The position numbers were made by a program, and so were the translations under genes. The notes beneath the pieces were generated by a model that was given only the letters and a program-made list of their open reading frames with translations, did no database searches and was not told where the DNA came from. A stretch of 64,000 nt of DNA. Origin: Azolla caroliniana. Lineage: Eukaryota > Plantae > Polypodiophyta. The DNA lies in assembly GCA_043228905.1 (NCBI GenBank), contig JBHGNT010000020.1, positions 868,001 to 932,000 on the forward strand, written 5' to 3'. This document shows positions 55,542 to 64,000 of this stretch, in pieces (the stretch's first letter is position 1; each line of letters opens with the position of its first letter).

Positions 55542-56212
55542 TGTCGGGCTTCCGCCTCCGGCCACAACCGAGGAACAGGATCGATTCACAGAAAACGGGA
55601 AATACACCAATGCACGAAAACAATAGAGAGAAGGGCACACTGGATGTTTTACGTGGAAAACCCTAAATGGGAAAAACCACGGGAGTGCAAGACTCCAACT
55701 ATCACTATACGCGGGAATGTACAATGGCGAGCTGCAAGGCGACGACCTTGAGCTCGCTGTCCTCGCCACAGGCGGCGGTATTACACAGAGGCGTCGACCT
55801 CTTCCTTCCTCCTTCTCTCTCACTCTCTCTCGGCTGCTCTCACTTCGCTCCCTCTTAGTGGAAAACAGAAAATGAGCAACAACAGTTAAACTGTTTGCCC
55901 TAAGTCATATTTATACACATATGACTTTCGGGCTATTTACAAATAAAGCCTCAAGGGCTCTTTCGAAAACATATTCACAAATATGTCCCCGCATCCGGAT
56001 CTCTCTCCGGGTACATTCATCATCCGGCTCCGTAACCGGGGTTCTTCAGCATCCGGCTCCGTAGCCGGGGTCTTCAGCATCCGGCTCCGTAGCCGGGGTC
56101 TCTTCATCCGGCTTCATGCCGGGTACTCTTCATCATCCGGTTCCGTAACCGCAACCGGGCTTGCCGTCATTCATCTCCGGACATCCCATCCGGAGGGACC
56201 GAAATCCCAACA
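55542..56212 (-). repeat. 3' LTR of the copia element (671 bp)
   Basis: TGTCGGG...CCCAACA. Differs from the other LTR by about 4 substitutions, a 1-bp indel and one extra 28-bp CCGG-rich unit. Confidence 0.97.
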
Positions 56213-56225
56213 AACTCCCCCTTCA
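56213..56225 (-). promoter_or_regulatory. Polypurine tract
   Basis: Minus strand TGAAGGGGGAGTT directly before the 3' LTR, overlapping the ORF stop codon. Confidence 0.9.
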
Positions 56226-59200
56226 CTTCGGCATGGGATGTCTCTCCAACCCGATCCTCTTCCGGCATCCTTCCAGCTTGTCGGTTGTGAGCACCTTGGT
56301 CAGCATATCCGACCCGTTGTCGTCCGTGTGGATCTTCGTCAGCACGAACTCCTTGTCTTCTATCCTTTCCCGGATCCAGTGGTATCTACGCTGGATGTGT
56401 TTCGTCCGGGAATGGTAGTCCGCATTCTTTGCAAGGTGGATGGCACTCTGACTATCGCAGTAGAGTCGATACTCCTCCTGCCAGATACCGAGCTCTCTAA
56501 TGAAGTCCTTCATCCATATTATTTCCTTGCCGGCTTCAACAGCCGCCATGTACTCCGCCTCCGTGGTTGATAACGCAACCGTCTTCTGCAGCCTCGACTG
56601 CCATGAAACAGCTCCTCCTGCATACGTCATCACATACCCTGATGTGGACCGGCTGGTATCTGCATCAGCCGACATATCCGAATCGGTAAAGCCGTCGAGT
56701 TCGGGCTTACCGGAGCCGAATCGGAGGCACACGTTTGTCGTGCCCTTCAGGTATCGGAGTATCCACTTGACCGCGTTCCAGTGCTCTTTGCCGGGATTGC
56801 TCATGTACCGGCTCACCACTCCGACTGCATATCCGATGTCCGGTCTCGTACACACCATGGCGTACATCAAGCTCCCGACGGCTGAGGCATACGACACTTT
56901 CATCATATCCTCCTTTTCAGCCTTTGTCTTGGGACTTTGCTTGCTGGACAGCTTGCAGTTTGCCGGGAGGGTCGATCCGACCGGTCTTGCTTCCGACATG
57001 TTGAACCGTTTAAGCACCTTTGTCACGTACTTCTCCTGTGACAGCCACAACTGCTTCTTCTTCCGGTCCCGGATGATGTGCATCCCTAGTATTTGCCTCG
57101 CCGGACCCAAGTCCTTCATTGAGAAGGTTCGGTGAAGAGCCTTCTTCAGCACCCGTATCTTGACCTGGTCCCGTCCGACGATCAACATGTCGTCCACGTA
57201 CAGGAGGAGTATTAGAGAGTCTCCTCCTTCGAACTTCTTCACAAACATGCAGTGATCTGACTGCGTTTTGTGGTACCCTTCGTCGGTCATGAAGGAGTCG
57301 AACTTCCGGTACCATTGCCGGGGAGCCTGCTTCAGTCCGTAAAGGCTCTTCTTCAATCGGCATACCAGGTGCTCCTTCCCTTTCTTCTCGAATCCTTCCG
57401 GTTGCTGCATGTAGATCTCTTCTTCGAGGTCGCCGTGAAGGAATGCCGTCTTCACGTCCATCTGTTCTACCTCGAGGTCCATGCTTGCCGCTATGCTCAG
57501 CACCGTCCGGATGGAGGTCATCTTCACTACCGGGGCAAATATTTCGTCGAAGTCGACGCCCTTCTTCTGCTGAAACCCCTTCACCACGATCCTGGCTTTG
57601 TATCTCGGGGGGTTTCCGGCATCTCCCGGTTTCAGCTTGAACACCCACTTGTTTCGAAGTGCCCGCTTTCCATTCGGCAACTCCACAAGTTCGTATGTGT
57701 GGTTTTCATGCAGGGAATCCATCTCGTCCTGCATGGCACTCAACCACCTGCGGCTCTGGGTGTCATGCTTTGCTTCTTCAAAGCTCTCCGGCTCCCCCTC
57801 GTCGGTTAGCAGCACGTGCTCTGGTTCCGGAAATCTCCGGGGGGCCCTCCTCTCTCTTAGAGGATATCTCCGTTCGGGAGCTTCGGTAACCGGTTCTTCC
57901 GATTCTTCTTCTTCATCCGAATCCATTTCGGGATCGGGGCCGGTTCCGGTATCATTTTCATCTTCTTCGGCCGGTTCTGTTTCTTCACCGTCTTCGGCCG
58001 GGTCCTCGAGTGCTAACCGGTCCCTTGCCGGTCGGGACTGCTCCTCGTAGAGTTGATCCTCACCGGTCGACTTGGAGCTCTTCATCTTCTTCTCCGACTC
58101 CCAGTCGGCGAGTGTCTTGTCCTCCATGAAGATGATGTCTCGACTCCTGAATATCTTCTTGTCGACCGGGTCCCATACTCGGTAGCCGAACTCGTCGTCG
58201 CCGTAACCGAGGAATATGCATGGCCGGGTCTTTGGATCTAGCTTTCCTCTCCGGTCCTTTGCCACATGCACGTATGCGAGACACCCGAACACCTTCAGAT
58301 GCCGGTAGGACACTTCCTTACCGGTCCACACTTTCTGCGGCGTGTCTCCGTCCAAAGGTACTGAGGGTGATCTATTTATCACATACGTCGCCGTCGACAT
58401 TGCCTCGGCCCAAAATCCCTTGGGTAATTTCGCATGCGCCAGCATACTCCGGACCCTCTCCATTATGGTCCGGTTCATCCTCTCGGCCAGCCCGTTCAGT
58501 TCCGGCGTCTTCGGCACAGTAAACTCGAGCCGGATTCCCTTCGAGCGACAGTACTCCTGGAACTGCCCCCGGTATTCCCCTCCGTTATCCGCTCGTATCG
58601 CTTTCAGCTTCTTGCCGGATTCTCTTTCCACTCTCGCGTGGAGTTCTTTGAAGACGGACAATACTCGGTCCTTTGTCTTCAACGGTGCCGTCCACAGCTT
58701 CCGGCTGTGGTCATCAATGAATGTCACGAAGTACTGGGCTCCGCCATGTGACTTCGTTTCTACCTGACACACATCAGTGTGCACCAACTCCAATGGTGCG
58801 CTACGTCTCGTCGGTGGCCTTGAGTGGAAGGAGGTCCGGTTTTGCTTACCGGCCAGACAATCGGTGCACTTCTCCAGGTGCACATGCTTCACTGGAATAA
58901 GGTTGTCTTCTGCAAGCCTCTTCATCCCCTTCTCACTCATGTGGCACAGTCTCTTGTGCCACAGCTCACCGGCAGTGTCGGCTGCCACATTCAGCTCTTC
59001 CGGACATAACCGGGCATTCATCAGGTACAGTGTGTTGTCTTTCCGGGCCCGAGCCACTATCAGGCTCCCTTTGCTGAACTTCATGACACCGTTCCGGATG
59101 CTACCCGTGTAGCCTTCATCATCTAGCCTCCCGGCTGAGATCAGGTTCAATCGGACCTCCGGAACGTGTCGCACATCCTTCAACAGCATCTTGCATCCGG

Positions 59201-60299
59201 TTGATGTCAACAGCCACACGTCTCCTATGCCGGCAATCCGGCATGTGCCTTCATTTCCCATCCGGACACAGCCGTGCTCACCGGCTGTGTAGGATGAGAA
59301 GTATTTCTTCTCCGGGGTCAGGTGGAACGACGCTCCGGAATCGACCACCCAGGTCATCTCTTCACCGGCAAGGTTCAGCTCCCTCTCTTCGGTAATGAGC
59401 ATTATCTCTTCTTCACTTGCCGCGAGTGCCGTCGTTCCTTTCCGGTCCTGCCCTCGCCGATCCGGACCTCTCCGGTCCGTGGCTCCCCGGTATGCACCGT
59501 TTCTCTCCGGTGACTTCTTCGAATCGGTGTCGTCGGCTCCGTTGTCCTTTCGGTAATGCCGACAATTCTTCCGGAAGTGCCCCGGCTTCCCACAGTGGAA
59601 GCATGTGGGTCTTCCTCTTGACTGCGACCGGGTCCCCGACTTCTCCCGTCTTTGCGGACTCCGGTTCCCATGTCTTCCCCGTTCCGATTCGGTAAGCAGC
59701 GCCTTCGAGTCGGAGACCGGTTCTTTATCTCTCCGACGCGCTTCTTCGTTCAAAATACTTGTCTTTACCGTTTGTAGGGACAAGTTATCTTCGGCGCAGG
59801 AGGTGCTGAGAGTCACCACCAAGTTCTCCCAGCTGTCCGGCAATGTACACATCAGGATGATGGCTTGCATTGCATCCTCCAACGGGAACTTGATCGCCGC
59901 AAGCTGGTTCACGAATCCCATGAACGTGCTTACGTGTTCCACCATACTCTCGCCGTCCCGGTACTTGAGGTTCACTATCTTTCTCATCAGGGAGGTCCGG
60001 TTCAACGCATTCTTCCTCTCGTAGAGGCCCGACAGCTTCCTCCACATCTCATATGCGTTGGTGTCGTTCGCCACGTGTTGTAGAACGCTCACGTCGACGT
60101 ATTGCCGAATGGTTGCAACGGCTTTCCGGTTCAGAAGCCTCCACTCCGTCTCAAGTACCCCCTTGGGTATTTCCGACCTGTCGATCGGTTCATACAGGTC
60201 CCGAACAATGAGCAGATCCTCCATCTTTATCTTCCAGTCGGCGTAGTTCTGCGCATTCAGCACCATCATCCCCGGCTGCCCGCTGCTGCCGCCTTCCAT
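56223..60299 (-). CDS. Copia gag-pol polyprotein, 1358 aa (Gag, zf-CCHC, protease, integrase, RT, RNase H)
   Basis: CFHCGKPGHFRKNC; WVVDSGASFHL; LWHKRLCHMS...CTDC; HTDVC...DNGGEY...ELNGLAERMNRT; QMDVKTAFLHG...LYVDDML; FTDSD...TEAEY...CDSQSAI. INT lies before RT. Confidence 0.97.
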   Translation of the reverse strand: MEGGSSGQPGMMVLNAQNYADWKIKMEDLLIVRDLYEPIDRSEIPKGVLETEWRLLNRKAVATIRQYVDVSVLQHVANDTNAYEMWRKLSGLYERKNALNRTSLMRKIVNLKYRDGESMVEHVSTFMGFVNQLAAIKFPLEDAMQAIILMCTLPDSWENLVVTLSTSCAEDNLSLQTVKTSILNEEARRRDKEPVSDSKALLTESERGRHGNRSPQRREKSGTRSQSRGRPTCFHCGKPGHFRKNCRHYRKDNGADDTDSKKSPERNGAYRGATDRRGPDRRGQDRKGTTALAASEEEIMLITEERELNLAGEEMTWVVDSGASFHLTPEKKYFSSYTAGEHGCVRMGNEGTCRIAGIGDVWLLTSTGCKMLLKDVRHVPEVRLNLISAGRLDDEGYTGSIRNGVMKFSKGSLIVARARKDNTLYLMNARLCPEELNVAADTAGELWHKRLCHMSEKGMKRLAEDNLIPVKHVHLEKCTDCLAGKQNRTSFHSRPPTRRSAPLELVHTDVCQVETKSHGGAQYFVTFIDDHSRKLWTAPLKTKDRVLSVFKELHARVERESGKKLKAIRADNGGEYRGQFQEYCRSKGIRLEFTVPKTPELNGLAERMNRTIMERVRSMLAHAKLPKGFWAEAMSTATYVINRSPSVPLDGDTPQKVWTGKEVSYRHLKVFGCLAYVHVAKDRRGKLDPKTRPCIFLGYGDDEFGYRVWDPVDKKIFRSRDIIFMEDKTLADWESEKKMKSSKSTGEDQLYEEQSRPARDRLALEDPAEDGEETEPAEEDENDTGTGPDPEMDSDEEEESEEPVTEAPERRYPLRERRAPRRFPEPEHVLLTDEGEPESFEEAKHDTQSRRWLSAMQDEMDSLHENHTYELVELPNGKRALRNKWVFKLKPGDAGNPPRYKARIVVKGFQQKKGVDFDEIFAPVVKMTSIRTVLSIAASMDLEVEQMDVKTAFLHGDLEEEIYMQQPEGFEKKGKEHLVCRLKKSLYGLKQAPRQWYRKFDSFMTDEGYHKTQSDHCMFVKKFEGGDSLILLLYVDDMLIVGRDQVKIRVLKKALHRTFSMKDLGPARQILGMHIIRDRKKKQLWLSQEKYVTKVLKRFNMSEARPVGSTLPANCKLSSKQSPKTKAEKEDMMKVSYASAVGSLMYAMVCTRPDIGYAVGVVSRYMSNPGKEHWNAVKWILRYLKGTTNVCLRFGSGKPELDGFTDSDMSADADTSRSTSGYVMTYAGGAVSWQSRLQKTVALSTTEAEYMAAVEAGKEIIWMKDFIRELGIWQEEYRLYCDSQSAIHLAKNADYHSRTKHIQRRYHWIRERIEDKEFVLTKIHTDDNGSDMLTKVLTTDKLEGCRKRIGLERHPMPK

Positions 60300-60315
60300 T
60301 TTCTATGTTACCGTC

Positions 60316-60327
60316 GCTCTGATACCA
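60316..60327 (-). promoter_or_regulatory. Primer binding site, tRNA-iMet
   Basis: TGGTATCAGAGC 3 nt inside the 5' LTR; the ATG follows only 16 nt later. Confidence 0.93.
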
Positions 60328-60330
60328 CTT

Positions 60331-60972
60331 TGTCGGGCTTCCGCCTCCGGCCACAACCGAGGAACAGGATCGATTCACAGAAAACGGGAAATACACCAAT
60401 GCACGAAAACAATAGAGAGAAGGGCACACTAGATGTTTTACGTGGAAAACCCTAAATGGGAAAAACCACGGGAGTGCAAGACTCCAACTATCACTATACG
60501 CGGGAATGTACAATGGCGAGCTGCAAGGCGACGACCTTGAGCTCGCTGTCCTCGCCACAGGCGGCGGTATTACACAGAGGCGTCGACCTCTTCCTTCCTC
60601 CTTCTCTCTCACTCTCTCTCGGCTGCACTCACTTCGCTCCCTCTTAGTGGAAAACAGAAAATGAGCAACAACAGTTAAACTGTTTGCCCTAAGTCATATT
60701 TATACACATATGACTTTCGGGCTATTTACAAATAAAGCCTCAAGGGCTCTTGGAAAACATATTCACAAATATGTCCCCGCATCCGGATCTCTCTCCGGGT
60801 ACATTCATCATTCGGCTCCGTAACCGGGGTTCTTCAGCATCCGGCTCCGTAGCCGGGGTCTCTTCATCCGGCTTCATGCCGGGTACTCTTCATCATCCGG
60901 TTCCGTAACCGCAACCGGGCTTGCCGTCATTCATCTCCGGACATCCCATCCGGAGGGACCGAAATCCCAACA
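60331..60972 (-). repeat. 5' LTR of the copia element (642 bp)
   Basis: Near-identical to 55542-56212. Confidence 0.97.
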
Positions 60973-63900
60973 CCGAGTTCAACTCTCGGCAAGCGCATAC
61001 CATGTTATTTCAACCAGTACTCACAATCTAAAATAGTAATTTGTTGAAGTCCCTGTCGTAATGTTACGTTCTTCGACAGTTTCATTAGCAGAAGTTTAAA
61101 TGTCTCCAACAAATTGATGTCCTATAAATATTTTGTGCAAAACCCGTTTTAATAAACTAGTTCCCTTTTTATCTTATAAGAAACATAGCGTCACCTTTTG
61201 GTCGCTCACATAAACCATAGAAAATATCATGGAGTCAGGTTTGATATGCGATATTTGTGCGGCTTTAGCCGTACAAACAGGATATTTTTCTTGAAAGCAA
61301 TAACCAACGTTTCAATATTCCGCAAGCGTAAGCTATGTCCTTTACAACGATATTCGAATTGGATAGACAAAATGTATTCGAAAGATTCGAGAATATAAAA
61401 TTGTTGAATGACTCTCATAATTAGATTGTAAGAACAAGAGATAAAAATGAATTAATCTGTTGATTAGCTTACATAGCTTGGTTTTGTTGATTTCTTTCAT
61501 TTGTATGCGAGAAGAAAGTAAGGTTCAGTTTTTATTCGTACAGGTATAGGACTCCCATAATTATGCGACTACTCAACAATAATTTTATCTTGCCTATTTT
61601 AAGTTTCTCATAAGCTTCGACTCAAGAAGATGGAAATTGCGCTTGTAGTCCAACGGTTAGGATAATTGCCTTCCAAGTAATAGACCCGACTTCAACTCTC
61701 GGCAAGCGCATACCATGTTATTTCAACCAGTACTCACAATCTACAATAGAAATCTATTGAAGTCCCTGTCGTAATGTTACGTTCTTCGACAGTTTCATTA
61801 GCAGAGGTTTTAATGTCTCCAACAAATTGATGTCCTATAAATATTTTGTGCAAAAACGGTTATAATAAACTAGATTCCTTCTTATCTTATAAGAAACATA
61901 ACGTCACCTTCTTGTCGCTGACATAAAACATAGAAAACATTAACGACTTGGGTTTGATATTAGATATTTGTGCGGCTTTAGCCGTACAATTAGGATATTT
62001 TTCTTGAAAGCATTAACCAACGTTTCAATATTCTGCAAGGGCAAGCTATGACCTTTAAAGTGATACTCGAATTGGATAGACAAAATGTATTCCATAGATT
62101 CGAGAATATAAAATTGTTGAATGACTTTCATAATTAGATTGTAAGAACAAGAGATAAAAATGATTTAATCTGTTGAATAGCCTACATAGCTTGGTTTTGT
62201 GGATTTCTTTCATTTGTATGCGAGAGGAAAGTATAGGACTCCCATAATTATATGACCACCCAACAATAATTTTATCTTGCCTATTTTAAGTTTCTGATAA
62301 GCTTCCAAAGTAGTAGATTGAAATTGCGCTTGTAGTCCAACGGTTAGGATAATTGGCTTCCAAGCAATAGACCCGAGTTCAACTCTCGGCAAGTGCATAC
62401 CATGTTATTTCAACCCTTTCGTAATGTTACGTTCTTCGAAAGTTTCACTAGAAGAGGTTAAAACGTCTCCAACAAATTGAAGTACAGATTGAAAGCAATT
62501 ACCAACGTTTCAATATTCCGCAAGCGAATGTTATGTCCTTTAGTGCGATACTCGAATTGGATAGACAAAACGTATTCGATAGATTCGAGAATATAAAATT
62601 GTTGAATGATTTTCATAATTAGATTATAAGAACAAGAGATAAAAATGAATTAATCTGTTGATTAGCTTACATAGCTTGGTTTTGTGGATTTCTTTCATTT
62701 GTATGCGAAAAGAAAGTAAGGTTCAGTTTTTATTCGTACAGGTATAGGACTCCCATAAATATGCGACTACTCAACAATAATTTTATCTTGCCTATTTTAT
62801 GTTTCACATAAGCACTAGAAGTATCGCGCTTGTAGTCTAACGGTTAGGATAATTGCCTTCTAGGCAATAGACCCGAGTTCAACTCTCGGCAAGTGTATAC
62901 CATGTTATTTCAACCAGTACTCACGATCTAAAACAGAAATCTATTCAAGTCCCCTTCGTAATGTTACGTTCTTGCAGTTCTTGCAGAGTTTCATTGGCAG
63001 AGGTTAAACTGTTTCCAACAAATTGAAGTCCTATAAATAATTTGTCCAGAAACTGTTTTAATAAACTAGATACGTTTTTATCTTATAAGAAACTTAGAAT
63101 CACCTTTTGGTCACTCACATAAATCATAGAAAACATTAAGCACTCAGGTTTGATATGAGATATTTGTGCGACTTTAGAAGTATAATTAGAATATTTTTTT
63201 TCAATGCAATAAGCAACGTTTCAATATTCCGCAAGCGCATGCTATGTCCTTTAGAGCGGTACTCAAATTGGATAAAAAAAATGTATTCGATAGATTCGAG
63301 AATATAAAATTGTTCACTAACATTCATAAGTAGATTGTAAGAACAGGAGATCAAATTGAATTAATCTGATGAGTAGCTTACATATGTTGTTTAAGTGGAT
63401 TTCTTGCATTTTTATGCGAGAAGAAAGTAAGGTTCAGGTTTTATTCGTATAGGTATACGACTCCCATAATTATGCGACTACTCAACAATAATTTTATCTT
63501 GTGTATTTTATGTTTTTGATAATGTTCCACTGGAAGTAGGTGGAAATTGCGCTTGTAGGCCAACGGTTAGGTTAATTCCCTTCCAAGCAATAGACACGAG
63601 TTCAACTCTCGACAAGTGCATGCCATGTTATTTCAATCAGTACTCAGGATATAAAAGAGAAATCTATTGAAATCCGTTTTATAATGTTATGTTCTTCAAT
63701 AGTTTCATTAGCAATAAATTAAAGTCCTATAAATTGAAGTTCAAATTGAAAGCAATAACCAACGTTTGAATATTCCGCAAATGCATGTTTTGTCCTTTAG
63801 AGCGGTACTCGAATTGGATAAACAAAATCTATTCGATGACTTTCATAATTAGAGAGTTTCAATATTCCGAAGGCGCACGCTATGTCCTTTAGAGCGGTAC

Positions 63901-64000
63901 TTCAATTGGATAAACAAAATCTATTCGATTAGATTCGAGAATATAAAATTGTTGGATGAGTTTCATAACTACATTGTAGGAACAAGAGATCAAATTAAAT
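60973..64000. repeat. Satellite array segment, becoming more diverged after ~62200
   Basis: Resumes at ccgagttcaactctcggcaag; 713-bp spacing at 61227/61940. Confidence 0.95.

Larger units (their letters stand above)
55542..60972 (-). mobile_element. Intact young Ty1/copia LTR retrotransposon (Tnt1/Tork-like)
   Basis: TG...CA LTRs 55542-56212 and 60331-60972, perfect TSD CCGAG (55537-55541/60973-60977), PBS, PPT and one uninterrupted polyprotein ORF. Confidence 0.98.

Noticed and set aside
56500-60024. Long antisense ORFs over the copia and gypsy coding regions
   Set aside because: Expected shadow ORFs of GC-rich coding sequence; no motifs.
1-60972. Most retroelements lie on the minus strand
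   Set aside because: Only four independent minus-strand insertions versus one plus-strand insertion; too few to claim a bias.
1606-63354. Dozens of similar 60-130 aa ORFs (CSPTVRIIAFQAID..., MKVIQQFYILES...)
   Set aside because: They are translations of satellite monomers. They occur on both strands, break freely between copies and show no recognisable domain.
63366-63400. CTGATGA(G) in satellite copies (also 27923, 42262) and in the copia ORF (~59984, minus)
   Set aside because: No downstream stem II plus GAAA and no flanking stems; chance matches.

Overview
Eukaryotic heterochromatin-like window, most likely from a plant (the retroelement styles suggest a non-seed land plant, but the species cannot be determined). 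No host protein-coding gene is evident. The backbone is an AT-rich tandem array with a ~713-730 bp monomer built from two diverged homologous halves; it is scrambled and segmentally duplicated on the left and homogenised with higher-order repeats at ~47-62 kb. Inserted in it are a decayed full-length non-chromovirus Ty3/gypsy element (3118-13466), a 5'-truncated L1-like LINE (15203-18219), a Copia solo LTR (20798-21490), three differently deleted copies of one old Copia insertion (1-990, 26102-27087, 32861-34124), an ~800 bp LTR-like insert (40809-41607) and a young intact Ty1/copia element (55542-60972). Two observations stand out. (1) The gypsy element has no polypurine tract. It has a tRNA-complementary site at both internal LTR junctions, on opposite strands, and an 18-nt tRNA-3'-end-like copy trapped in its rearranged 5' LTR, suggesting that both cDNA strands are tRNA-primed. 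(2) The 40.8-41.6 kb insert carries a minimal type I hammerhead ribozyme just downstream of a TATA box, with a tRNA-like A/B-box motif upstream. tRNA identities are from memory and need a database check.
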